A stretch of 64,000 bases of DNA. It comes from Octopus sinensis. Lineage: Eukaryota. The notes beneath the pieces were generated by a model. That model was not told the origin of the DNA. It ran no database searches and saw only the letters and a program-made list of their open reading frames with translations. Positions 53,383 to 64,000 of the stretch are shown one piece after another. Numbering within the stretch: the first letter of the stretch is position 1; every line of letters starts with the position of its first letter. A program made the translations under genes and the position numbers. The stretch covers positions 21,204,001 to 21,268,000 of the forward strand of contig NC_043014.1 of NCBI RefSeq assembly GCF_006345805.1, read 5' to 3'.

Positions 53383-54672
53383 AGGGTCCAGCAAAAAATT
53401 TATACTCGCTTCAGAGAAAGAAAAACGCGTAGAAATATTTTAATACTGAGTTTATTCAAGCATCACGGTATTAACACAAGTTACATTTAACCTTTTTTGC
53501 CTTTTCGCGGTGCTTTTTCAGTGTGGCTAGCTTTTAAGATCTCTTTCTTTTTTTCATTTCAATGAATAATTTTCAAAAATTTTTTTCATTTTAAAAATAT
53601 CATATTTTTTACCCTTGGTTGAGGTTTGATACTGAAAAAGTTAGGTTGGACTTGGTCAGTTGTTGACGTATGAAATAGTCAATGTTCATTGCTTTGAGAT
53701 TTTAAATAATTGAATCTTTCTAAGGACATGTTGATGTTATTGTAAACAGCTGTGACAAAATGGTAGAGGGAGATTGTCGTTTAAGGGACGTAAATCCTTT
53801 TTTAAAGTGGTCTTACAAATTTGAGAATGTTCCTTTTAAAGTTCAACGGCAATGGCGACGCGAGTTTGGAACCTTCAACATGCCTGACAATTTCACGAGC
53901 TCGTGATGAGTTCGAAACGCATGGTACTCTGTGTGATGTGCAGTAGGGAAAATCCAGTAGATTTCGTACAGTTACAATTGCTGCTTCCTCGGTTATGGTG
54001 TTGGAACATTTCACACCCTCGCGGCAGACGTCTACTGAACAATATAGATGTTAGTACAAATTACAGCGTATTCTTAAAAGAGCTAAGTTGAAACTTTACA
54101 TATTAATATTATTCCATGTACTTGACGAAGAAATGAGTTTTGTGAGCGATTTCAACACATAATTGACAAGAATTAAGAGTTTGTGAGGCGAATTGTGTTG
54201 TCTGGCAATTACTGGGTACCAGAAAATATTTGCTTATATGTGGATAAAGAAGTCAATACATCGGGAGTCAGTATCTGGTGTGGAGTGTCAGCAAGAGGTT
54301 TAATAGGACCATTTTTCTTTTGACGGTACTGTTACTAGTCAAGTGTACTTAGACATCTTACGCACGTCCATCTTACCTGCCATACATGCACTTTATGGAA
54401 ATGATGAACTTTCCTTTCAACAAGACGGCGCACCTCCACACCACTGCCGAGACCTGTGTGCAGCATTCCCACTGGACACTTTGACCAACATCGCCCAAGA
54501 AGCAGCTCGTCGTGCAGATAAATGTCTTGAAGCTAATGGTCACCACTTTGAGCACCTATTGTAGAAATTTAAGATAACTTGTATTGATCCCGTGATGTCT
54601 AAATAAATTTAGTATTAAAATATTTCTACACATTTTGCATTTCTTGCAGGGAGTATAGATTTTTTTTGACGA

Positions 54673-54675
<3 letters not shown>
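53383..54675 (+). mobile_element. Internally deleted Tc1/mariner element with ~115-bp diverged TIRs
   Basis: WCGVS..IGPFFFDGTVT..YLDIL..FQQDGAPPH..KCLEANGHHFEHLL; ends are mutually reverse-complementary (gtagaaatattttaatact..catcacgg). Confidence 0.85.
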
Positions 54676-54722
<47 letters not shown>

Positions 54723-55079
54723 TGTGTCTGTGTGTCTGTGTATGTGTGTGTATGTGTGTGTATGTGTGTGTGTGCGTGTGTATTATGTATGTATATACCT
54801 CTGTACGCACGTTCGTGCTTATGCATACACAGATACACAATTTCTTATCTGAAATTCCTAAAACTGAAAGTTTTTTCACAGACGTTGTCTGCCCTCCAAT
54901 GCTCGCACTTGGCACTAAATATGACCAGATACGTCCCACACTCAACCCCCATCGTTTGTGTCTCAGCGCTCTTCCTTTTATATGTGCCTCTGATGCACGT
55001 TGATCTCTTTTTAATGTTTTGTGATTTTTATAACGTTGAGGACTGTGAAAATTTTCCTGTAGTTTCCTGTAAGTAAAAG

Positions 55080-56500
55080 TGGGGCGTCTTATATAGTCGA
55101 TAGCACTGAAAACAGAGTTACCGTAGAAGTTTGATCATGGTGTAACTGAGCGGTGTTTTACAGAAGATTTTGGTGCGGGAATTACCTCAGGATATGATGA
55201 CATAAAGAAGCAGAGATTAGTTGTTGAAGTTTTGCCGTGATAGTGATGGATAGAAGATAATGAAAAATCAGAAAACATTGCATAGGGAAAACATTGAAGA
55301 TCTTGACCCTGTGCTGAACTGCATGTTTGATACTGCTGACAGAGTTTTAAGGATACTATTTATGTATATGTTAATGCTGAGAAAAAAAAAGAGATTACTA
55401 AATCAACATTAAAGCATACTCGGCACAAACTTGACCTACGACTTTGTTCGAAAAGAATGAACCTTTAGATGAAGAATTCTATGAGACTAGCGAGAAGATA
55501 TCATATTTCATTGCCTATGCCAAAAATGTGTCCACTGAATATGTAACTAATTTAGAGGCAGCAGATCGAAGAAGTGCTGAACATCGACACTGATGAACTA
55601 GTGCATTCCTTGAGTAATGAAGAAATAACTAAAATGGTGTTGAATGAAGTACGAGATTAGTTGTGATGATGCTTATGACATTGCGAAAAGAAGTGAAAAA
55701 ATTCCCATAGAGAATATGGTGAAAATGTGTGATTAGTTAATTGCTGGCATAAAACTAGGTGACTATATTAATGAGCGTGAGGCTATGGCGATTTACTCAA
55801 TTAAAGATCGACATTGCTTAGACAGAAATCTATGTTAATGTGACAGATGACACTGGAAGAACTCTTTTAAAATGTTGTCTCTCGTGGTTCTGCTGAACTT
55901 GAGATTCCAGTTCCTGTCTGTCCATCAAAGGTTTAATACCAACTTGAAGATGACGGTAACCATGACAGTGATGACGACATTCATGTTACCCCTTCTCAAG
56001 AACCTTCATGCTAGGTGTAATATACATTTGCTACAAGCTTACATAAATACGTTTGGCTTAATTTGAGCTTGTTCGTGTTTTATTCCCATTCATTTACCAG
56101 TTTATTACTATACAAATAAATTATATTATTCAAAGTCTCTATCCCACTCAGCGTAAATATTCATAACACTAGGCGTTTGGTACGTAGGTGTTTTGTTAAA
56201 TGTGTAGTTTTACATCATCCTAATCTAACCAGTGATATTTTCTTCAAAATTCTGCTAAGTTAGCAAAACTTTCAACATGCCCTACTCACCAAGACCTACA
56301 AATACTTTAAATGCACTGTAATAGTATCCTCTATGGTCTGAAAAGTTAAGGTCAACTTATGATCGACACATACAAATCAGAATTTTGCTTACAGAGTTGG
56401 TGGGCATACTGTGCTACCATTTCCAAATTCCGAACAATTCAAAATTTCGAAATATACCGTGTCCCAAGGGTTTCAGATAAGAGATTGTGTATCAGTGTGT
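55080..56500 (+). mobile_element. Degraded pogo/Tigger-like DNA transposon
   Basis: Manual translation IEEVLNIDTDELVHSLSNEEITKMV resembles the acidic pogo/Tigger C-terminus; end gtcccaagggtttcagataagagattg resembles Tigger termini. Confidence 0.5.
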
Positions 56501-56730
56501 GTGTGTGTGTGAGTGAAAGTCTATGAGAATTACCTAATAAGTTTTGAAGTTTAAAGGTAATGTTATTTTTTTAAATTGTTTTTTAAAAATGTTTCCTAGT
56601 ATGTGGGCGCTTTATATATATATCTATGTATGTATGTATGTATATATATATATATATATAAAAATAGTAATGCAATAAGAGAGTATTGCTTTCCAGTAAA
56701 GAATAGCCCGTGAGGGAAAATTATACATAG

Positions 56731-57363
56731 AAGTAAATATATGGCACAACGAAGTACCGATATTTACTGGAAAATAGCGAACGTAATAAATACGACGCTA
56801 ATGTATAGCTTCACCGCGTATGTACCAGCAAAAATGCGTGTGTGCAACAAACTTGAAAAAAATTGTCTTACCTCCAGGGAGAACATCTGAAAGATGAAAT
56901 ACCTAGATAGGGATAATGTGGGACCGGTTTCAGATTTTTCAAGATATGTCTGCACACATATACTTGATTTATCTTCATCAGCCAACATATACCCGACAAC
57001 ATTCAGATGTTGCCACATCAATGCCAATACACTCGTTCTGTCAGCGTTTTGGCGTTTCAGTCGAGTGTATTGGCATTGATGTGGCAACATCTGAAATGTT
57101 GTCGGGTATATGTTGGCTGATGAAGATAAATCAAGTATATGTGTGCAGACATATCTTGAAAAATCTGAAACCGGTCCCACATTATCCCTATCTAGGTATT
57201 TCATCTTTCAGATGTTCTCCCTGGAGGTAAGACAATTTTTTTCAAGTTTGTTGCACACACGCATTTTTGCTGGTACATACGCGGTGAAGCTATACATTAG
57301 CGTCGTATTTATTACGTTCGCTATTTTCCAGTAAATATCGGTACTTCGTTGTGCCATATATTA

Positions 57364-57366
<3 letters not shown>
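56731..57366. repeat. Near-perfect inverted repeat in Bsx intron 1: 305-bp arms (56731-57035 / 57062-57366), 26-nt loop
   Basis: Arms compared by hand: no substitutions seen, two 1-nt indels; yields mirror ORFs 56764-57204(-) and 57110-57334(+). Confidence 0.98.
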
Positions 57367-57402
<36 letters not shown>

Positions 57403-57534
57403 TATAGGGAGAGAGAGAGAGACATACATACACCTTTCAACAATACAAAATTAGAATATCTTGACCTGCTAGAAATAGTAGCCAAATATCTTTCAAACGC
57501 CGCAAGAAGCATAAATTTGATAAAGTCTTCGATA

Positions 57535-57642
57535 CATGACGTGAACAGGGGAAAACAGTGTAGACGGAGCAAGTCTAGGATTTTCTTCAGTGACCAACAA
57601 CTGAATGGCCTGGAGAAGAGGTTCGAAGCTCAGCGGTTCTGA
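57535..57642 (+). pseudogene. Truncated, diverged duplicate of Bsx homeobox exon 2 (pseudo-exon)
   Basis: Reads [35 protein letters not shown] versus [36 protein letters not shown] in the real exon; 12 substitutions in 105 nt. Confidence 0.95.
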
Positions 57643-57849
57643 AAATAACATTGTATTATTATGTTTATGTCTGTAACGTTTCCGATAAAATATCTGCTGG
57701 TTGAGAGGTAATAGGCATTAGCTAGTATTAACATCACTAAAGTTAGAGATTTTGTTTAGAAATTAGAGCCAGTGCTGGAAGTTACGTTTCGTATACGAAT
57801 ACGTGTGTAAACAATGCGATCAAAGACAGAAAAATAGCTAATGGGTGTA

Positions 57850-58074
57850 CTCTCTTTTTACTTGTTTCATTCATTAGACTGCGGCCATGCTGGAGCACCA
57901 CTTTTAGTTGAGCAAATCGACCCGAGAGCTTCTTCTGTGTAAGCCTAGTACTTATTCTATCTGTCTCTTTTTCCGAACCGCTAAGTTACGGGACGTAAAC
58001 ACATCATAATCGGTTGTCAAGCGATGCTGGGGGGACAAACACAGACACACAAACATATACACACATACATACAC

Positions 58075-58125
<51 letters not shown>

Positions 58126-58270
58126 CGACGGGCTTCTTCCAGTTTCCGTCTACAAAATCTACTCACAAGGCTTTGGTCGGCCCGAGGCTATAGTAGAAGA
58201 CACTTGCCCAAGGTGCTACTCAGTGGGACTGAACCCATGATAAGCAAGCTACTTACCACACAGCCACTCC
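57850..58270 (-). mobile_element. Complete tRNA-derived SINE with internal microsatellite, in Bsx intron 1
   Basis: Same family as 19500-19965; opposite orientation to 52138-52425. Confidence 0.88.
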
Positions 58271-58374
58271 TGTACATGCATATTTCAGGAGTTATAGCAC
58301 CTTCTACAGCATTACATGGTTAATGGATTCAGTAACAATCCACGAAAACATTGTTTAAATAGCTACCAGATATA

Positions 58375-58531
58375 ACATAGCTGGGTGGGCGGTAGGGGCG
58401 GCCCGCCTAGGCAACACTTTTAAAGAGGCGGCACTTTTGGGTCTGCTGTAATCAATATGTGTTTTTTCATGGAGTCCGAGAGCAGCAAACGGAAGGGCCG
58501 CCCTGGATAGCACACACTCTAGCTACGCTAG
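58375..58531. mobile_element. Short hAT-like MITE
   Basis: GC-rich subterminal gggcggcccgcc / gggccgccctgg and ctagctacgc end motif typical of hAT-derived elements. Confidence 0.45.
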
Positions 58532-58949
58532 TGGGTGTAACACAACTGGATTTTACAAAATGAAACACATTCCTGGCAACTGGTGCGAACATATTAATTG
58601 CTGGCTGGAACGCCGTATTCCATTATGTAACCATAATATACCAAGTAAATTAATGGCTTATCAGTCAATACTGTACCCCACCTGTGTTAGTGGTGGAATT
58701 AAATCATTTTTTAAAAGTTATTTCTATAGTTTTGTATTGAAATTACAGCCAGTGCTGAAAGTTACGACGTTTCGTAAACGAATACGTCCATGTAAGCAAT
58801 GTGCTCGAAGACAGAAACATAGGTAACGGATGTACATGCACATTTCAGTTCTTACTCCTTCTTCAGCACCACATCCAACCCATTAACCATCCAGTAGCTC
58901 ATTGCTTAAACAGCCATTCAATTTAACGGTGTGATACAATTGGATATAC

Positions 58950-59170
58950 CAATTTTACGCATTGGTTTCAAATTTTGTCACAAGGCCAGAAATTCCGGGA
59001 AGGGGTTAAGTCGATTACATTGATCCCAGTGCTCGACTGGTACTAATTTTATCGATCTCGAAAGGTTGAAAGGAAAAGTCGGCGTTGCCAGAATTTTAAT
59101 TCAGAACCTAAAAACGGACGAAATGCGGCAAAGCCTTTTTTTCCGGTTTACTAACGATACTGCTAGCTCA
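58950..59170 (-). mobile_element. Degenerate SINE of the 25887-type family
   Basis: ttggtttcaaattttgtcacaagg..gtcgattacattgatcccagtg..atcgatctcgaaaggttgaaagg. Confidence 0.75.
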
Positions 59171-59929
59171 ACACCCGACTAATTTTACATATTAAACACA
59201 TTCCTAGCACTACTACCATCAAAACCCCCTCTCGCCGCTACCTTCACAACTGCTACCATAACAATTACAAAAATACCATCATCCTTGGCCACCAACACCG
59301 CCAATCCCACCACATCCATTAAAACTACCACCTTGGCAATCGTCGCAAGTATCACCAATGACCATCACCACCACCTCCAAAACCATCATTGCTACTACAA
59401 CCGGTAATGCCACGAGCGGTCATCTATATAGTCACACAGCAAGCTAGAAATATCAACCAAATCTCCACAAATCACTCTTTACTCTGAAAAATATATGGAA
59501 CGACACATTAAATATTGTTTATCTCCACTTAAACGTGGATGTTCTGTTAAAACAAACTATACTGCGGTTGATGCCATGAGAGAAACTCCCGTATTGGCTT
59601 TTGGTGGAAAATGCACTCTTTTTTATATCGCTAGTGGGGATATAAATCTCCCCCCGCTCCAACGTAATGACCGATATAACCTTAAATATACGGGTGGTTA
59701 CGGATGGAACGCCTTTGAATTTACTTCTGCTCTGTCACGGCGGATCAGGGATTAAACAGCAACATTAACTCATCACAACGACGACCACTACTAATACCAC
59801 CATCTCTACTATCACTGCCACCATCACCATCATCACAACCACAACCATCACCGTTATCTAATTGATATTCTTTCTCACTCTCTCTCTCTCTCTCTCTCTT
59901 TTCTCTTTCTCCTCCTCCTACCACTACAG

Positions 59930-60117
59930 GGTTCCCGTTGCCGCCATTATTCCAACATGACGTAAACGGAGGAAAACAGTGTAGACGGAGGAAAGCTAGG
60001 ACTGTCTTCAGTGACCAGCAGCTGAATGGCCTGGAGAAGAGGTTCGAAGCCCAGCGGTACCTGTCCACACCAGAGAGAGTGGAACTCGCTTCGCAGCTCA
60101 GTTTGTCGGAAACCCAG
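59930..60117 (+). CDS. Bsx: Bsx coding exon 2 (homeodomain N-arm to residue 44)
   Basis: Acceptor after a pyrimidine tract (ctacag|G), phase 1 completes a Gly with exon 1; [57 protein letters not shown]; donor CAG|GTATGT, phase 0. Confidence 0.97.
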
Positions 60118-60124
60118 GTATGTT

Positions 60125-60125
60125 T

Positions 60126-60184
<59 letters not shown>

Positions 60185-60240
60185 TATCATCATCATCATC
60201 ATCATCATCATCCTCATCATCATCATCATCATCATCACCA
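60125..60240. repeat. (ATC)n microsatellite at the start of Bsx intron 2
   Basis: Directly visible, starting about 7 nt after the donor. Confidence 0.95.
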
Positions 60241-62081
60241 ACACCTCCACCATCACTACCATCACCGTCATTGCTATCATCTTCATTATCGAAACTATCA
60301 CCACTACCAACACCAGCATCATCATCTTTATTATTCCTAACCTTACCTATAATTCTATTATATACCAACTAAACGACAACAACAATATCAACAATATAGT
60401 CCTGCGTCACTCTGCGCACAAGAAAAGCGACGAGATGGTCACAGTTGGAATATCTTTGATCATAGGTCTGCTCATTTAGTGCAGACTTGAGGCAAAACAA
60501 CAACAGTAACAACACTGCGATCCAACGAGTAAGCGTCTATGTAGCTGCTTGATCAGTTAGAAATAGCAGTCAACACCCTCTCAAATTACACATAGTAATG
60601 GTGCCTTAGATATACAATGTCTGGATAAAAGGCGAGATAGACATGGCTGTAATACTTTTGTCCACGGGTTTACTAGGTCAGGGTTGACCAGGAGCTAAAC
60701 AACTACAACGGTACCACTACGCAACAACATTGTCAATAAATACAAGTGAAAACACTACACTACGCTCAATACAATAAAACACTACCACCACCGCTATACA
60801 TACTCCACTACTACAATATAACCCTACGGATTATACAAAATCAGTAATACCTAATACAAGACTACCAACAATGCTACTACATCTACCACCTCCTACCCCA
60901 AATGATCCAATCGGTGAACCTCTATGCGCTCATTCGATCTACTAAAACTAATGGCTACCGTCTTAAAGAGAATCTTATTGTTAAACTCAATATTACATAT
61001 CCTAGAAAGACGAGACGATCAGAACTGGAATGGCGGTTGAACGGGGGTAAGTCACCAAAAACACCAATTTTCTCCCACTGCATACATAAATGGATAAATA
61101 GAAAAGGACAAAATTCTTAGACACCAACTTAAAACACTAGAAAATTTACACAAATAAAAACACAGTTCTAAAATGTCACCTTAACTCACTCCAAATCACA
61201 ATATCCAGCAACAACCGACGTAGCAAGTGTACACACTACAACATTAAAATTACGTAACCATACTGCAATACCAAATTGACACGTTTCATCATCAGGCATT
61301 GCAAAAACTCACCAAACAATTAACTTATAAGCCATTAATTATAAATTATACGTTGATACGATAGAACAAACCAAACTATGCTGTGGGCCTCATAAGTTAT
61401 ATAAACTTTTACATTTTGAACATAGCAAAAACCACCTTAGAATCTTATGGATCACAACATTATACTGGAAATGCCAAAAGTCAACAAAGACGCAAGCATC
61501 ATGAATGACATTAATATAATAAACATAGAGATACCAGCATCAACCTTACCAAATATCTCACGAGGCTAAGATGTATGATAACCGAACATATTCACAAATA
61601 TCATTACTAGGAATGACTCCAATGCAAACAACACATCCTGGTGTTAAAACAAAACTGACAACATATGAGTGACATTTTATCTAGGATTCGATTATTTTTA
61701 GATTCTAAACATAATAACCTCAAATAACATTACCCAACATCCCGACAGGAAGCAAACACCTTATCAGACAGTCTTCTAACATCAGGCCAATGTTCTACCT
61801 CACTCCAACCAAACCATGTAAAAACAAAATCCTGAAACCCTTGAAACCAAGATTCGTTGAGCCCGAAAAAGTAGTCAATATGGGCACAATTGGGATGTCT
61901 CTTATGAAAAGTCGGTTCGAATCAGGACTGTTCATGGTTAACAACAAATAACAAGTATCACTAACACACTACAAAACCAACACTATCACCACTAAAAAAA
62001 ACTAGCTCTTCCCACTTCACCCCCATCATTCTTCATCACCTCTATCACCATCCTTATTAGTTTCTGTGTTGTTGTTTGCAG

Positions 62082-62402
62082 GTGAAAACATGGTTCCAGA
62101 ACAGGAGAATGAAACACAAAAAGATGCAGAGAAAAGTGCACGAGGATCACGAGATGCGCAAAACTTCGAAATCAACAGAACCGGGTAACCACACGGCTAC
62201 ATCGAGTTGCAACCGGAAGCAGTCGGGTCTCGATGACTTGACATTGGTTTCGGTGGATGCTGAAGTGGACGTTGATTCGGAAATGGATAGTTCCCGGGAA
62301 CTCAGCCACCATGGGGATCCTTGTTCAGACATTGATACCGTTGAAATCAACGTAGTGGACACGGACGCAGCTCGCTACCGGAGAGCCCTCTTAAATAGCT
62401 GA
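62082..62402 (+). CDS. Bsx: Bsx coding exon 3 (helix 3 and acidic C-terminus)
   Basis: Acceptor ttgcag|GTG; VKTWFQNRRMKHKK; intron at homeodomain position 44/45, typical of ANTP class; acidic EVDVD motif; stop TGA at 62400-62402. Confidence 0.97.
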   Translation: MKTWFQNRRMKHKKMQRKVHEDHEMRKTSKSTEPGNHTATSSCNRKQSGLDDLTLVSVDAEVDVDSEMDSSRELSHHGDPCSDIDTVEINVVDTDAARYRRALLNS

Positions 62403-62722
62403 TTCTACTGGCCTTGCTGTGTTGGCTTGGCGGCACACATCAGCGACAGACATAACGAAAAGAGAAACAATGTGACAGAGGCGGAAAGAGAGAAGGGGAG
62501 ATTGAAAAGACAGAGAAAGAGACAGGAGAGAGAGACAGACAGACAAACAGACAGATTGACATGCAGACATACAGACATCAGACAGACAAACTGATAAACT
62601 GAGAAAACAAAAGTGAGAGAGAGGGTATAGAGAAGAGTAAGTGAGAGATAATCAGATTGACAGAGAAAAAGGAGGAAAGCAAGACAAAAGAAAGAAAATA
62701 AGAAAGTGATAGAAATGAAGAC

Positions 62723-62783
<61 letters not shown>

Positions 62784-62973
62784 GACTACCACCACCCCCA
62801 CCACTATAATTACTATTATTTATCTTTATTAATATTATTCTGTGCTCAAATAGAGTCAAGAAACAATCTTTTGTTTTACATTCTTTTATTCTTTCTGAGG
62901 AAGGGTTGGAAACTATGGAACCAGTAAAACACTAGAGTCGATTCTAATGACTTTACTTGGTTTCATTATACAT

Positions 62974-63004
<31 letters not shown>

Positions 63005-63286
63005 TATATTTATTATATATGGACAAAAAGAAAACTAAATTGGTTTTGTACCAAAAATATTATATATTATTATTATTATTATTATTATTATCATTTTAAC
63101 ATCAATTCATTATTATTCTGGTGCATGCGCAGTGGTGCGGCGGTAAGTTCTGAACAAAAAAGTAACAACACTGTACCTTGCGTTCGCAAAACAAAAAATG
63201 CTCTCGGTGGGTGAAAGGGACAAATTATAGAAACACATCACATAAAGTTTGCGAGCGCAGTTAAGCATGAACATCATTAAATCTCA

Positions 63287-63323
<37 letters not shown>

Positions 63324-63566
63324 TCCATATTTTATTAACCTCAAGGGTCTTGTGCCTACATATTAAAGAAAACATGATTTTTTTTAAAAATCAAACGAGA
63401 AACTATAAGAAATTATATGTAAAGACATATTTCCAAGCAGTCGAGGCAGCGTCACATTTTCCATTCTCGATTGAAACCATTTCACATCACATGTGTAACT
63501 AATGCTTCTTTTGTTCGTTTCTGTCCTTGTTTGTTTATTTCTATGTTTGCGTGTGTGCGCGCGCGC

Positions 63567-63614
<48 letters not shown>

Positions 63615-64000
63615 GTGTGTGTTTTTGTTGTTTTGGTGAGCGGGGAAAGTTGAAAGCATTGAACGCTACAACATCACGAATCCCACTCAAAACGAGGCCT
63701 TTTTATGCCTCGACCAGTGAAAGGAAGAAAAGAAGAACAAACAGCAGCCGTTTTCATTTTGAAACTTAAAATTGAATGAAAGATAATTAATCAAATAAAT
63801 AAAAACCGATATAAAACTGAAATAGAACCGAAATAAAAGCGAAATAAAGACAATGGAAAACCAATTTGGGGAAACTTCAACAAAAATGACTCCCAAAAAT
63901 CTTTGTTTTGTATTTTGTTTTTATGAAAAATATGTTGCTATTGAACCTCGACTACGAGGTTAAAGATTGCTTACTACACACGCACACACACTCACACATG

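Noticed and set aside
56764-57334. Mirror-image ORFs with identical peptides on both strands
   Set aside because: A consequence of the inverted repeat; no recognisable domain.
58862-58872. TTCAGCACCAC, identical to the left half of the REST/RE1 site, in Bsx intron 1
   Set aside because: The right half (GGACAG) is absent; a half-site can occur by chance, and a canonical REST pathway is not established for molluscs.
61278-61300. Minus-strand CTGATGA-T-GAAACGTGTC
   Set aside because: No room for stem II, and stem I does not close at the cleavage site.
61000-61950. A/C-rich stretch in Bsx intron 2 that looks like a decayed LINE
   Set aside because: Manual translation gave no convincing motif; cannot be supported without a profile search.

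Overview
Repeat-saturated eukaryotic DNA with one 100-N gap. The SINE families and the extreme density of TA/TG/TATG/TAGA/TAA microsatellites suggest an octopus (coleoid cephalopod) genome; this is inference from pattern recognition. The only protein-coding gene I can support is a 3-coding-exon Bsx/brain-specific homeobox gene on + (51529-51844, 59930-60117, 62082-62402; 274 aa), with consistent splice phases, an eh1 motif and a Q50 homeodomain. The rest is transposon debris: a near-full-length R4/Dong non-LTR element plus fragments, RTE and CR1-like LINE remnants, Tc1/mariner and pogo remnants, MITEs, a Helitron and many tRNA-derived SINEs. Most ORFs in the supplied track are microsatellite artefacts. 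Most notable: (1) Bsx intron 1 holds a near-perfect 305-bp-arm hairpin, and about 170 bp downstream a truncated, diverged copy of the homeobox exon that could in principle splice in frame and stop after helix 1; (2) a second near-perfect 238-bp-arm hairpin and several older palindromes; (3) a small repeat family whose consensus folds like a minimal Penelope-type hammerhead ribozyme; (4) several local rearrangement signatures (permuted duplication, arm homogenisation, long direct repeats, 5'-inverted RTE).
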